Part shown: piece after piece, positions 19,414 to 30,900 of the stretch
How positions within the stretch are numbered: position 1 is the stretch's first letter
Layout: each line of letters starts with the position of its first letter
Assembly: GCA_963747515.1 (NCBI GenBank)
Contig: CAVVFN010000009.1
Location: 234,505-298,504 of the forward strand
Length of the DNA: 64,000 nucleotides
Reading direction: 5' to 3'
From: an uncultured Prolixibacteraceae bacterium
Lineage (GTDB): Bacteria > Bacteroidota > Bacteroidia > Bacteroidales > Prolixibacteraceae
Notes under the pieces: model-generated
Databases searched by the model: none
Seen by the model: only the letters and a program-made list of their open reading frames with translations
What the model was told of the DNA's origin: nothing
Position numbers and translations under genes: made by a program

Positions 19414-20684
19414 TAAAATTTTTAATAAAAGGACTGCTCCGCGATAAAAGCCGGAGCCGGTTGCCGGTAATTGTGGTAGCCATTGGTGTTATGCTTACTG
19501 TTTTTCTTCATGCATACATCACAGGATTCATGGGTGACACTATTGAGATGAATGCCCGCTTTTCGCACGGGCATGTGAAAGTTATGACCAGGGCATATGC
19601 TGAAAACATGAATCAGCTGCCTCTCGATCTGGCTTTGATGGATGTGGAAGAGTTATTAAATGATCTGCAGCAGCTTTATCCGGGATATAGCTGGACCCCC
19701 CGGATTCAGTTTGGCGGATTGGTTGATGCTCCCGATGAGAACGGAGAAACCAATGCACAGGGGCCTGCCGCTGGTTTTGCTATGGATTTTCTGTCGGAGA
19801 ACAGCCGGGAAGCTGAAAGACTGAATATACAAAAGTCGATGGTTCACGGGAGGATGCTTCAAAATCGGGGAGAAGCATTGCTCAGTGATGAATTTGCTTC
19901 AAAACTGAGATTAGAGCCCGGTGATGAGGTGACTTTAATAAGTACTACGATGAACGGCAGCATGACCATGTATAATTTTCATGTGGCCGGTACGGTATTC
20001 TTTGGATCCGAAGCACTTGACCGTGGCAGTATACTTGTTGATATTGAGGATGCCCGGCTGGCCCTGGATATGTATGATGCAGCCGGAGAAGTGGTCGGAT
20101 TTCTTAATACGGGATTTTATGACAATGAAAAAGCTTTGATAACAGCAAGTTCCTTTAACAGTTCATATACAATCGGGAATGATGAATTTTCTCCCCTTAT
20201 GAGAACTCTGAGCCAGCAGGGAAGCATGGGACAATATGTTGAGTTGTCGAATGTGTGGACTCTGTACATTACTATGGTATTTATACTGGCAATGGCTCTG
20301 GTGCTCTGGAATGCCGGTTTGCTCGGAGGACTGCGCCGTTATGGAGAATTCGGGGTCAGGCTGGCGATGGGTGAAGAGAAGAACCATGTTTTCCGCACAC
20401 TGATTTACGAATCGGTGATTATTGGCATTGCAGGTACCCTGATTGGAACAGCTGCAGGTCTGTTTTTTGCCGCCATTGTGCAGAAGTATGGAATTGATAT
20501 ATCGGGTATGATGGAAGGTGCTTCCGTAATGATGCCTGCAACAATACGCACCAGAATTACGCCGGCCGATTATTATATTGGGTTTATTCCGGGGCTTATT
20601 TCAACAGTAATTGGTACTATGCTTGCTGGAATAGGAATTTATAAACGAAAAACGTCACAGTTGTTCAAGGAACTGGAAGCCTGA
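19410..20684 (+). CDS. ABC transporter permease (FtsX/LolE-like)
   Basis: Same topology; RR..EFGVRLAMG; 4-nt overlap with the upstream permease. Confidence 0.88.
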   Translation: MIKFLIKGLLRDKSRSRLPVIVVAIGVMLTVFLHAYITGFMGDTIEMNARFSHGHVKVMTRAYAENMNQLPLDLALMDVEELLNDLQQLYPGYSWTPRIQFGGLVDAPDENGETNAQGPAAGFAMDFLSENSREAERLNIQKSMVHGRMLQNRGEALLSDEFASKLRLEPGDEVTLISTTMNGSMTMYNFHVAGTVFFGSEALDRGSILVDIEDARLALDMYDAAGEVVGFLNTGFYDNEKALITASSFNSSYTIGNDEFSPLMRTLSQQGSMGQYVELSNVWTLYITMVFILAMALVLWNAGLLGGLRRYGEFGVRLAMGEEKNHVFRTLIYESVIIGIAGTLIGTAAGLFFAAIVQKYGIDISGMMEGASVMMPATIRTRITPADYYIGFIPGLISTVIGTMLAGIGIYKRKTSQLFKELEA

Positions 20685-20738
20685 AAGGATTACCGAATAA
20701 GAGCTGTAAAAAGTAATAAATTTAAAAGAAACAATCAA

Positions 20739-21473
20739 ATGAAATGTATTTTAACAGCTATTTTATCTGTTTGGTTCGTTAGCGGATATGGTCAGCCAAA
20801 AGCGGATGAAATTATGGAAAGAATTGATAGAAACATGTCGTCCGATAACCGGGTATTTGAATCTTCAATGACCATTCATGGCAAGCGCAGTAGCCGTTCC
20901 ATTAAATCTAAAACATGGTCGGTGGGTGATAAAAAATCGTTTACTGAATATCTCTCTCCGGCACGGGATCAGGGTACAAAAATGCTTAAACTGGACGAGC
21001 AGCTTTGGATTTATTCCCCGTCGACCGACCGCACCATACAAATTTCGGGGCACATGCTGCGCCAGTCGGTAATGGGTTCCGACCTGTCGTATGAAGATAT
21101 GATGGATGACCGCAAACTGACTGAAACTTATAATGCAGAGGTAACTGGCAGCAGTGAGGTTGACGGCCGTAAAGTATGGGTTCTTGAATTGACAGCGAAA
21201 GTAGATAATGTGGCCTATGCCTCACGAAAGCTGTGGGTGGATACTGAGCGGTATGTTCCCCTCAGGGAAGATTTATTCGCCAAGAGCAGACAATTGCTAA
21301 AACGATCGGTTATGAGCGATGTGATTCAGGTAGAAGGTCGCTGGTTTCCCAAAACCATTCTTTATAAAGATATGCTGAAACAGGGAGATGGAACTGAATT
21401 CAAAGTGTTGGATATAAAGTTCAATCAGGACATCCCCGAATATATATTTTCAAAAGCTTCTCTTAAAATGTAA
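20739..21473 (+). CDS. LolA-like outer-membrane lipoprotein-sorting protein
   Basis: Signal peptide; F.SP.RD.GTKMLK, WIY.P, S.MGSDLSYED motifs. Confidence 0.85.
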   Translation: MKCILTAILSVWFVSGYGQPKADEIMERIDRNMSSDNRVFESSMTIHGKRSSRSIKSKTWSVGDKKSFTEYLSPARDQGTKMLKLDEQLWIYSPSTDRTIQISGHMLRQSVMGSDLSYEDMMDDRKLTETYNAEVTGSSEVDGRKVWVLELTAKVDNVAYASRKLWVDTERYVPLREDLFAKSRQLLKRSVMSDVIQVEGRWFPKTILYKDMLKQGDGTEFKVLDIKFNQDIPEYIFSKASLKM

Positions 21474-21475
21474 GT

Positions 21476-22201
21476 TTAAGAAAATATTTCATGCAGCACT
21501 TTCAGCGATTTGATTTCCCCCAGATTTTCGAAATGCAGCTGGTAATATTCTACCAGCTTTGAAATAAGGGAATTGCGAAGTCCTGCAGGCAAACGCAATT
21601 GCGCCAGGTCCTGAATTTTTAAGGAGGCCAGTTTAATCAGAATCTCAGTGGCTTCCTTATTTAAAAAGAAAGGATGTGAGGGTTCGAAAGGGACAACCGC
21701 ACCTTTCCGCATATCGAACCATCCTTCGAAACCTGTTTTTATGGTATCGGGCATAATTCCTGTATATTCCGTTAACCTGAACAAAAACCATAAATGGAAA
21801 TTTGCTGCAGGGCTTTCAGTCAAGTCATAATACAGCAGGGAATTTTGAATAAAACTGAAAGTATCGGGTGAACTATCCTGCTCCCGGAGGATTTTATACA
21901 GCATTTCAGCCAGAAAAATAATTTGAGCCGATTTCACCACATCGAAAGGAATGCTCTGGTAAACCGGCTGGTTTTTCAGTTCTTTTATCTGTTGAACTTC
22001 TCTAGCTTCTTTTTGATAAGCAACAAAATTCAAAAAAAACAGTGGCTGCAATATGCCCTGTTTGTTTTGTGACCTTCTGCTGCGGGAGATGTTTACCATA
22101 TAAGCCTGCCTGCCCCATTCCCTTGTGTAAATGGTGGCTATAATGCTGTTATCACCATATTTTACACAATTCAGAACGATTCCTTCGCCGGAGACAAGCA
22201 T
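21476..22201 (-). CDS. recO: DNA repair protein RecO
   Basis: GIVL...KYGDNSII..IYT...G, LQPL, E.L.K.L, LKSL.VL.E.F pattern of Bacteroidota RecO. Confidence 0.9.
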   Translation of the reverse strand: MLVSGEGIVLNCVKYGDNSIIATIYTREWGRQAYMVNISRSRRSQNKQGILQPLFFLNFVAYQKEAREVQQIKELKNQPVYQSIPFDVVKSAQIIFLAEMLYKILREQDSSPDTFSFIQNSLLYYDLTESPAANFHLWFLFRLTEYTGIMPDTIKTGFEGWFDMRKGAVVPFEPSHPFFLNKEATEILIKLASLKIQDLAQLRLPAGLRNSLISKLVEYYQLHFENLGEIKSLKVLHEIFS

Positions 22202-22246
22202 TTCTGTTTAATTAAAAGTTTTTACTGAAAAATTTTGATAACAATT

Positions 22247-24583
22247 TCAGTTTATGAATAACAGTTTTTCAATATGCGTTTTTTCTCCAAATTCATCGGT
22301 GCAGAATATAAGGTAAACGCCTGTTTTGACACGGTTTCCATTCAGGTTCTTTCCATCCCAGGTGGTTTGTCCGCCGAGGGAAGTACTTTGGTGCACCAGG
22401 TTTCCGCTGATATCGGTAATTTTTACATCGGTATCTTCCACCAATCCGGTAATGGTAATAGGGCCATACCAGCTCTCCCTCACCGGATTCGGGTAAACGT
22501 ATACATTGGCATAGGTGTCTTTTCCTGCAATGGCATTACCTTTATAGGAAATCAGCCCTTCACTGGTGCCAATAAACACTTCTCCCGAACTTTGGTTGAC
22601 TGCCAGTGCAGTGATGTTATTTGACAGCAGCGGTGAATTTTCACTGTTAAAATGCAGTACCTCTTTATCCCCCATTTCCGATACCAGATAGACTCCGGAT
22701 TTTTGGGTACCTATCCATTTTCTGTTGGCACCATCAACAGCAATGGCAGTAATGGTTTCGGTTTCAAGTAGCGGGTGATAAAGGCCATCTTTTAAATCCA
22801 GGCTGGGTTGAATAGCAAAAAGGTTTCCCTCTTCCCATATTCTGCCTGGATTGTTATATACGGCAATTCCTTTCGAGGTGCCAATCCATATGGCACCTTC
22901 CAAATCTTCAGTTAAACAATACACATCGTTCATGCGGTTGATGATTTCCTGTTGTCCGTTATTAAAATAGGAGGTCACCAGCAACCGCTTTTTTTCGCTG
23001 CCGTCTTTATTCACCACGTATGCATCATTTCCCCGGGGAACCTGTATCCATTTATCGTCGGTTTTTGTTATGATTATTCTGCCAATCATGTTTTCGGTAA
23101 CTCCGGTCAGGGAAAAAGTTTCCCAGTCTCCGTCAGGTTTAAGTTTCAGCAGGTTTTTTTCCACTTCTGAATTGGTTAGCCACAGGTTTCCTTCCGAATC
23201 GAAATCAAGGCCGCCAATCCTTACATAAGGTTCATCGGGTTTAGTGGGGATTGCTGTCTGCAACGGACTGTTTTTATTGGTATACCGTTTAACCAGTTCG
23301 CCGTTAAGAAACTCGAGGAGTCCTCCGCCCCAACTTGCCACAAACAGGTGATCGGGATTGGAAGGATGAGCAACAAGTTCAACCACATCAAAAAATCCTT
23401 CCATTTCTGCAACTGTTTTATTGCTGAATGTATTCCATTCTCCATTCCGGTATTGCTGAAACCTGGGCAACTGAAATATATTGTCCCAGGATTCAGTTCT
23501 GCCGCCAGGGGTTATCCAAAGATCTTCCATATTGGAATAGAGTGAAAAAACCCGGTTATCGGAAGGTCCTTCAGGGAAAAAGAATTCAGCTGATTGCCCC
23601 GTATACTTAACCAAACCGTAAATGTTATCAGCAATCCATAAAACGCCATCGCTACTCATTGCAACGCTTGTTGGAGCGATGGATGTTGCCGTTTCACCAG
23701 CAAAAGGATATGAATTCAACATGCCCTGGTAGGTATGGTTTTCATCAACGATAAAGAATTCGGCACGGCCTGCAAGGGTTAGGTAATTACCTGTAATCTG
23801 TGCATCATTTATATATTGAATTCCCGGCAGGTATGGTATCCAGTCGGTGCCGGTAAAGCGGTACATGGCATCTCCGCTCCATTGATCGGGTGTATAATTT
23901 ACTATTAACCATCCCGCATGAACCATAAGGTGATTGAATTTTTTTCCTGACTGCGGGATGCTGGTCACCATTTCCCAACTCCGGTAGTCAATGAGGTTTG
24001 GATTGTTAAAAGCGGCTCTGTACAACCCGTTGTTGGTGGCGGCATAAATAAAAGAATCAAAAATTTCAACATCATTTACTCTCAGAGCACTTCCATTTGG
24101 TCCGATAAACCAGGTTTCTTTTATTTCCCTTCGGGGAAGGTTAATCGAAACAATACCAAAGCCGCAAGAAAGAAAAGCTTCATCTTCGTGAAAGGTGATG
24201 TTGTAAATACTCATATCACCCGTCATCTGCTTCCGCATTATATCCGAAAGATTTATTACCGTATTTTCAAATATCAAATCGAGGTTGCTGTTGTTGTAAG
24301 CCACAACCAATATTTTATGCTTTTCACTCCATCCAATGGTTTGGATACCAAAATCATTCAACCCATTTACCCTTGTAATTTTATTAAGGCTGTTGTCGTT
24401 GCGGTTTAGGTAGAATAATCCTCCTCCTGTTGCGCAGTAAATCTTATTATCTGCTACTGCAACTTTTTTCCCGTTTGTATAGGAAAGATACTCCTGCCAG
24501 CTATTCTGCTGCTGCTGGGCTGCCCCAGGGTGAGTGAGCCATACAGCCAGGAACAGTAAGATTATTTTTTGCATGGGTTTCAT
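22247..24583 (-). CDS. porZ: type IX secretion system anionic-LPS delivery protein PorZ
   Basis: W..YLSY N-terminus, beta-propeller repeats ([14 protein letters not shown]), C-terminal VYPNP sorting domain; adjacent to recO. Confidence 0.88.
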   Translation of the reverse strand: MKPMQKIILLFLAVWLTHPGAAQQQQNSWQEYLSYTNGKKVAVADNKIYCATGGGLFYLNRNDNSLNKITRVNGLNDFGIQTIGWSEKHKILVVAYNNSNLDLIFENTVINLSDIMRKQMTGDMSIYNITFHEDEAFLSCGFGIVSINLPRREIKETWFIGPNGSALRVNDVEIFDSFIYAATNNGLYRAAFNNPNLIDYRSWEMVTSIPQSGKKFNHLMVHAGWLIVNYTPDQWSGDAMYRFTGTDWIPYLPGIQYINDAQITGNYLTLAGRAEFFIVDENHTYQGMLNSYPFAGETATSIAPTSVAMSSDGVLWIADNIYGLVKYTGQSAEFFFPEGPSDNRVFSLYSNMEDLWITPGGRTESWDNIFQLPRFQQYRNGEWNTFSNKTVAEMEGFFDVVELVAHPSNPDHLFVASWGGGLLEFLNGELVKRYTNKNSPLQTAIPTKPDEPYVRIGGLDFDSEGNLWLTNSEVEKNLLKLKPDGDWETFSLTGVTENMIGRIIITKTDDKWIQVPRGNDAYVVNKDGSEKKRLLVTSYFNNGQQEIINRMNDVYCLTEDLEGAIWIGTSKGIAVYNNPGRIWEEGNLFAIQPSLDLKDGLYHPLLETETITAIAVDGANRKWIGTQKSGVYLVSEMGDKEVLHFNSENSPLLSNNITALAVNQSSGEVFIGTSEGLISYKGNAIAGKDTYANVYVYPNPVRESWYGPITITGLVEDTDVKITDISGNLVHQSTSLGGQTTWDGKNLNGNRVKTGVYLIFCTDEFGEKTHIEKLLFIN

Positions 24584-25164
24584 TTATATTCAATATCGTG
24601 TAAATAATCAACCAGTTTTATAACTGCCCGGGCACGGTGGCTGATTTGATTTTTTTCTTTCAGATTCATTTCGGCAAACGTTTTACTGTAACCCGCCGGG
24701 AGAAAAATGGGATCGTAACCAAATCCTGAGCCGCCTCTTTTATTTCTGGTAATTTCTCCTTCAACAATTCCCTCAAACTGCTTTTCAATTCCATTCATCA
24801 CTAATGAAATCACTGTTCTAAAACGGGCTTTCCGGTTATTTATTTCTTTAAGCTGTTGCAATACTTTATCCATATTTGCCTGTGGATCTCTGGTTTCACC
24901 CGCATACCGTGCCGAAATGACTCCTGGTTTATTGCCAAGGGCTTCAATTTCCAGACCGGTGTCATCAGCAAAACAGGAATAACCATAGTTGTTAAATACA
25001 TAAAATGCCTTTTGCCGGGCATTGCCTTCCAGTGTTGGCTGTTCTTCAGGAATATCTTCCAGACAACCAATATCTATGAGATTCAATAATTTGAAGCTGT
25101 TTCCAAGAATGGCCTGTAATTCGTGCAGCTTATACGGGTTGTTTGTTGCAAAAACAAGTTTCAT
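24580..25164 (-). CDS. rdgB: non-canonical purine NTP pyrophosphatase (RdgB/HAM1)
   Basis: FATNN..K..E, ADDTGL, PGV.SAR, FGYDPIF, SHRARA; start moved to ATG 25164. Confidence 0.93.
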   Translation of the reverse strand: MKLVFATNNPYKLHELQAILGNSFKLLNLIDIGCLEDIPEEQPTLEGNARQKAFYVFNNYGYSCFADDTGLEIEALGNKPGVISARYAGETRDPQANMDKVLQQLKEINNRKARFRTVISLVMNGIEKQFEGIVEGEITRNKRGGSGFGYDPIFLPAGYSKTFAEMNLKEKNQISHRARAVIKLVDYLHDIEYK

Positions 25165-25355
25165 GTACTTAAATTTCAGGTAAAAATAGGTAAAAATGTT
25201 CACAGCAAAATTCATGAACGCAAGTTTGCATTACATGTTTAAAATGAAACAGGTTAATTTTATGCACAATTAAATGTGAATAAAAATTTAATGCGAACAG
25301 CATAAAAGGGCAGCAAAAAAACTTTAACTTCGCATAAACGCAAATTTAAGGATAT

Positions 25356-26096
25356 ATGCCATACCGCCGATTGCCAACAACCGATAAAGCGCGTCTTCGT
25401 GCACTGGATGCTGCTTTAAATATTGCTTCCGACAGGGATGCAGGAAAACTTGCCTATTCAAAAAATACCCTTTTCGAATTAAAGAATATCAAGTCGAATT
25501 TTGAGAATCATCTTAAACATCATGAACTTGATTTGAAGATTGAATCGGAAAAGAATGCAGGCTATAAAGCGGCGCTCGAAAAAGCCCGGCTATATGTTTC
25601 GCATTTTATGCAGGTGCTTTTTATGAATATTGAACGGGAGGAGCTGAAAGAGGAGGTGCTGTCATTTTATGGATTACAGGACAAAGGAGGGAAGGTTCCC
25701 TCGTTGAACTCCGAACAGGAAATTCTTGAGTGGGGTGAAAAAATAATACAAGGTGAGCAAAAACGTATGCAAAGAGGCGGAAGCCCTATATATAATCCTT
25801 CGGTTGCACTGGTTAAGGTAAAGGTTGAAGATTTCAATGAAGCGGCGGTTTTTCAGCAAAATCTCAAAAGAAATACGCTCAGGTCGTATGATAAAATGCA
25901 AAAATTGCGAAAAATTACCAATGATTTCATCAGCAGTATGTGGACTGAAATTGAGGAGAGCATGGCTGACCTTCCTCCAAAACATAAGCGGCAGCGGGCT
26001 CAGGAATATGGTGTGGTATATGTTTTCAGGCGAAATGAAAAGAAAAAGCTGAGGGCTGAAGGATTACAGGTAGATTTGCTTTTTGATTTTAATTAA
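25356..26096 (+). CDS. conserved hypothetical helical protein (MPYRRLP family)
   Basis: Clean 246-aa ORF; MPYRRLPTTD.AR.RAL start, YVSHF.QV, YNPS.A.V, YGV.Y...E motifs that I recall from Bacteroidales hypotheticals. Confidence 0.75.
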   Translation: MPYRRLPTTDKARLRALDAALNIASDRDAGKLAYSKNTLFELKNIKSNFENHLKHHELDLKIESEKNAGYKAALEKARLYVSHFMQVLFMNIEREELKEEVLSFYGLQDKGGKVPSLNSEQEILEWGEKIIQGEQKRMQRGGSPIYNPSVALVKVKVEDFNEAAVFQQNLKRNTLRSYDKMQKLRKITNDFISSMWTEIEESMADLPPKHKRQRAQEYGVVYVFRRNEKKKLRAEGLQVDLLFDFN

Positions 26097-26145
26097 TGGG
26101 TACCTGCTCTTGAAGTGATGTAAACATCCTGATTATCCTTAATCT

Positions 26146-27084
26146 TTAGTTGTTTATATAATCAGGACTTTTCCCTTTATTATCTCTATAGATAAGCCAT
26201 GTTAAGAGGACAAACAGAATTAAACTTAATACGGTTGCATAGTAGCTTTCGGAATTTGATCCAATTTTCTCTACATTGGGATTTAGGATATTGTTATCGA
26301 TAAGGTACATGGCAATCACTGCAAATGCATTGTTGAAGAAATGTGCAATAACCGGCAACCAGATTGAGCCGCTCCATATAAGGAGATAGCCGAACAATGC
26401 ACCAAGCAGCAGTCGTGGAACAAATCCGTAAAACTGGATATGTAAAGCACTGAACAGAATGGCAGAAATCCAGATTCCCCAGTGATAATTTCTGGTCCAT
26501 TGGGTAAAGATACGCTGAATTACCCCCCGGAAAAGCAATTCTTCTCCAACAGCAGGCAGTAAAGCAATCATGAAAAGGTTAAATAATAATCCACCTAAAG
26601 TATTGACCTGTAAAAAAGCTTCAGTAATTTCTTCCGCTCTATCTTCCGCATTTTTCATCCAATCTTCAACTCCTGAAAGCCATTCGGGAAAATTCATTTG
26701 GTTGTTCCATTCACCAATGAAATTGACAAGCGGCAAAAGGAAGAAAATAAGAACAATTACATAAAGGGAAGAAACGGATGAAATTTTTTTGTTTAGTAAA
26801 AGGTATTCAGCAGTCTTCCCATGATATAACCAGGCGAGAATAAATGGCGGGATAATAAATAAACCAATGGATTGCATCACTTGCAGATATTTTAGAAAAC
26901 GGATGCTTTCGGTATTATTTAACTCAGAAAGAGAAGACATGTTTAATACAGAATCCATTCCAAACAGGGGAACAGCAATTATTATTGATATAAACATGAA
27001 TATAAGGAAACAAACCAGGATAACAAATGCTGAAAATATGAGTTGTGAAAAGGGTTTCATTTCCCGGAAAGCAGTAAACATCAT
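26146..27084 (-). CDS. CPBP family (CAAX protease-like) intramembrane glutamic endopeptidase
   Basis: EELLFRG, FSALH, H.FNN motifs and multiple TMs; start moved to ATG 27084. Confidence 0.9.
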   Translation of the reverse strand: MMFTAFREMKPFSQLIFSAFVILVCFLIFMFISIIIAVPLFGMDSVLNMSSLSELNNTESIRFLKYLQVMQSIGLFIIPPFILAWLYHGKTAEYLLLNKKISSVSSLYVIVLIFFLLPLVNFIGEWNNQMNFPEWLSGVEDWMKNAEDRAEEITEAFLQVNTLGGLLFNLFMIALLPAVGEELLFRGVIQRIFTQWTRNYHWGIWISAILFSALHIQFYGFVPRLLLGALFGYLLIWSGSIWLPVIAHFFNNAFAVIAMYLIDNNILNPNVEKIGSNSESYYATVLSLILFVLLTWLIYRDNKGKSPDYINN

Positions 27085-27102
27085 AACAAAAATATATTTT
27101 TG

Positions 27103-27110
27103 CAAATATA
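27103..27110 (-). promoter_or_regulatory. Bacteroidota -7 promoter element (TATATTTG)
   Basis: Exact TAnnTTTG 19 nt upstream of ATG 27084. Confidence 0.5.
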
Positions 27111-27598
27111 GTGGATAGAATTAATCATTCCTTGCATATTCGCAGGGGTTCTGGTACAATTGCTGAATTTTTTATTTTACAGGATTCTTTTTATCTTTCA
27201 ATATACAAACAGGTAATTCATTTGCTCCGATTAGGTAATTTTCCTTTTATCAATGCTGCAAAAATATAATTCTATACAACTCTGCAATCCTGTTTGGCGG
27301 CTTATGACATCGGTACCATGAAGGTTGTGTTTCCATCTGCCGGATTAGGATAAAAACAGACCAATTTTTCAAATGTGTCAAAGCAGAATTAACTATTTTT
27401 TTTTCAAATGCGATCTACTTTTATACTACCATAGCTTACATTTTTTCATTCCCACTCAGCTTTCCAAAATTTATCGCTGCGCTTCTGGTCTGGACCCATT
27501 AAGACCATAAGCGCAGCGGAAAAAAAAGCCAGGGCTGACCGGAACAGGAAAAACCAGACCGCATGTAGCCGAAAGGTATCCTAAATTGTAATCCGGTT

Positions 27599-27751
27599 GA
27601 TCGAAAGACAGTTGACAAGATTTCAGAAAACATGTTCATGTTGTATTTTGCAGATTATTCTTCCTTTACACCAGAAGCACCTTTTGATGCCTCACTATTT
27701 GATGAGTTTCGAAAGATGTCAGGTATGGATTTTTTCAGCAAGAATGAATGA
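27599..27751 (+). mobile_element. decayed IS5-family transposase fragment (InsH N-terminal / DUF772-like)
   Basis: Hand translation of a frame absent from the ORF track: DRKTVDKISENMFMLYFADYSSFTPEAPFDASLFDEFRKMSGM, matching the (D)DRE.V.QI.EN.YMQYFLG...F....PFD.SLFV.FRKR.G pattern; no DDE domain or terminal inverted repeats seen. Confidence 0.7.
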
Positions 27752-27928
27752 TATCTTTTTTAAAGAACTTGCACCTCATAAAGAGATATACTACAAAATG
27801 TATTGTCCACCAGGAATACCTGACAAAGTTAGTAAAAAATCGTAGAAGGAGTTTTTCAGCAAGCCCTAGGTACAGATTTTTTTGATTAGGCAATTCTTTG
27901 TTTTTTTTTTATAAAATCCTTTCAATTT

Positions 27929-30900
27929 TTATTTATAATTCAAGTTTGTTGGAAGAAACTTTTCAATAAACTCAACAGTTTTACCTTTTCGCCGGGCATA
28001 GTCTTCCACCTGATCGCGGCCTATTTTTTCGAGGCTAAAATATTTTGATTCAGGACTTGCAAAATATTCACCCGAAACCGAAGCATTTGGGTACATGGCA
28101 TAATGTTCGGTAAGTTTTATTCCCACTTCCTCAGCATTTAGCAGATTAAAAAGATTTTCCTTTTCCGAATGTTCAGGGCAGGCAGGATAACCCAGGGCAG
28201 GACGTATTCCCTGGTACTTTACCCGTTGAAGTTGCTCCTGGGAAAGGTTTTCATTTGGAGCATATCCCCAATATTCCTTTCTCACCTTTTCATGCAGCAG
28301 TTCGGCAAAAGCTTCACTTAACCGATCGGCCAACGATTCCAGCATTATGGCTTTATAATCGTTATTATCTTTGCGGTACATTTCTTTCCATGGTTCGATT
28401 CCAATGCCTGCTGTAGTTGCAAAACCGCCACAATAATCGGTTTTCCCTGATTCCAATGGTGCTACAAAATCAGAAAGACTTAAATTTACTGATTCCTTTT
28501 TTTTCTTTTCCTGTTGCCGCAGGTGGTAAAACCGGCCGGCTTCTTTATTTCTACGTTCATCATCCCAAAGGATAATATCATCGCCCCCGGAATTGGCAGG
28601 CCATAATCCAAACACAGCATTGGCCTGCAGCATTTTCTTTTCAATTACCTCATCGAGGAACGTATTGGCTTCGGCAAGCAATTTACGCGCAGCATCTCCC
28701 TGGTTTTCATCCTCCAGGATTTGCGGGAAATGCCCTTTCATTCCCCACGTCAGGAAAAAGAAAGTCCAGTCGATATATTCACGCAATTCGCTTAACGGAT
28801 AATCTATAAGAGTTTTTACCCCCAGTATATTGGGCTTGTATATTGGACTGTTTTCCCAGTCAATCGCAGGTTTATTTGTACGGGCATCTTTCAGTTTCAG
28901 GTATTCCTTGGGTTTACGTTGCCCCTGGAACTGACGCACCTGTTCATAATCATCTTTAACCGACTGAATGTACTTTTCATTTTTCGACAACAGGTTGGAT
29001 ACCACATTCACTGCCAGTGAAGCATCCTTTACATGCACAACCGGATGAGAATATTGGGGTTCAATTTTTACAGCAGTGTGTATTTTTGAAGTAGTTGCTC
29101 CTCCGATTAAAAGAGGTATGGTTAATTTTCTTTGTTCCATTTCTTTGGCAATGTCTGCCATCATTTCAAGAGAAGGAGTTATTAATCCGCTTAGCCCCAC
29201 GATATCGACCTGTTCAGTGACAGCTGCATCGAGAATCTTTTCGGTGGGGACCATCACTCCCAAATCGATGATGTCGTAGTTATTGCATGCCAATACAACA
29301 CCTACTATATTTTTTCCAATATCATGCACATCCCCTTTTACGGTGGCCAACAATACTTTTTTTTGTTTACTTGTGTCTTTCATTCTGGCTTTATCGGCTT
29401 CAATGTAAGGCAGCAGGTAAGCCACTGCTTTTTTCATTACCCGGGCCGATTTAATCACCTGGGGCAGAAACATTTTACCCGATCCAAACAGTTCCCCCAC
29501 TACATTCATACCATCCATAAGTGGTCCTTCAATAATATTCAGGGCAGGTTGATATTTTTTAAGGGCTTCGGCCATATCCTGTTCCACAAAATCAGGAATG
29601 CCTTTTACCAGTGCATGTGCCAAACGTTTTTCCAAAGGTAAGTCCCGCCACTCATCTTTTTTTACTTCTTTTTTATCTCCCTGCTTTACCTGTTCTGCAA
29701 ATTCGAGTAATCTTTCAGTTGCGTCGGTCCTTTTGTTCAGTATCAGGTTTTCTGTTCTTTTAAGCAGGTCATTTGGTATTTCATCATAAATCTGCAACAT
29801 TCCCGGATTAACAATACCCATATCTAAACCGGCACGGATGGCATGAAAAAGAAACACCGAATGCATGGCTTCCCGCACTACATCATTTCCTCTGAAAGAA
29901 AAAGATACATTGCTGATTCCACCGCTGGTTTTAGCATCGGGCAGGTTTTCTTTAATCCATTTTACCGAATTTATGAAATCCACAGCATAATTGCTGTGTT
30001 CCTCCATTCCCGTACCTATTGTCAGCACATTTGGGTCGAAGATGATGTCCTGAGGCGGGATTCCTACCTTTTCGGTGAGGATTCTATAAGCCCTTTCGCA
30101 AATTTCTTTACGACGTTCAAGGGAATCTGCCTGACCTGATTCATCGAATGCCATTACTACAACAGCTGCACCGAAACGTTTAATGGTTCTTGCCTGAGCT
30201 GTAAAGTTTTTCTCACCTTCCTTTAAGCTGATGGAATTAACAATGGCTTTTCCCTGAAGACATTTAAGGCCAGCCTCAATGACTTTCCACTTTGAGGAGT
30301 CAACCATAACCGGAAGTTTTGCAATATCGGGTTCCGCCATCATCAGGTTTAGGAAGATTACCATTTCTTTTTCTGCGTCGAGCATGGCATCATCCATATT
30401 CACATCAATAACCTGTGCCCCATTTTCAACCTGGTCACGGGCAATGGCCAGGGCTTCTTCATATTTTTTATCACGGATAAGACGGGCAAATTTTCGTGAG
30501 CCGGAAACATTACAGCGTTCTCCTATATTGACAAAATTGGTTTCCCGGGTAAGGGTAACGGGCTCAAGACCGCTTAACCGCGTATTGTTATCTTTGGGAT
30601 TAACATGATGTGGTTTGGCATGAACCGCCATTTTTGCAAATTCACGAATATGGTCGGGGGTAGTACCACAACATCCTCCAATAATGTTTACAAAGCTGTT
30701 ATCAAGATATTCCTTAAGGTATCCTCCCATTATTTCAGGTGTTTCATCATAGCCTCCAAACTGGTTGGGCAGCCCCGCATTGGGATGAGCACTAATATGG
30801 AATGAAGCTTTTTGTGAAAGTTCTTTAACGTAAGGCCGCAGTTCGGTGGCACCCAGAGAACAATTCAGCCCGATACTTAGCAGATCGATGTGTGAAACAG

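Noticed and set aside
27597-27845. 82-aa ORF from the ORF track
   Set aside because: No recognisable motifs; the meaningful signal is the IS5 transposase relic in the adjacent frame
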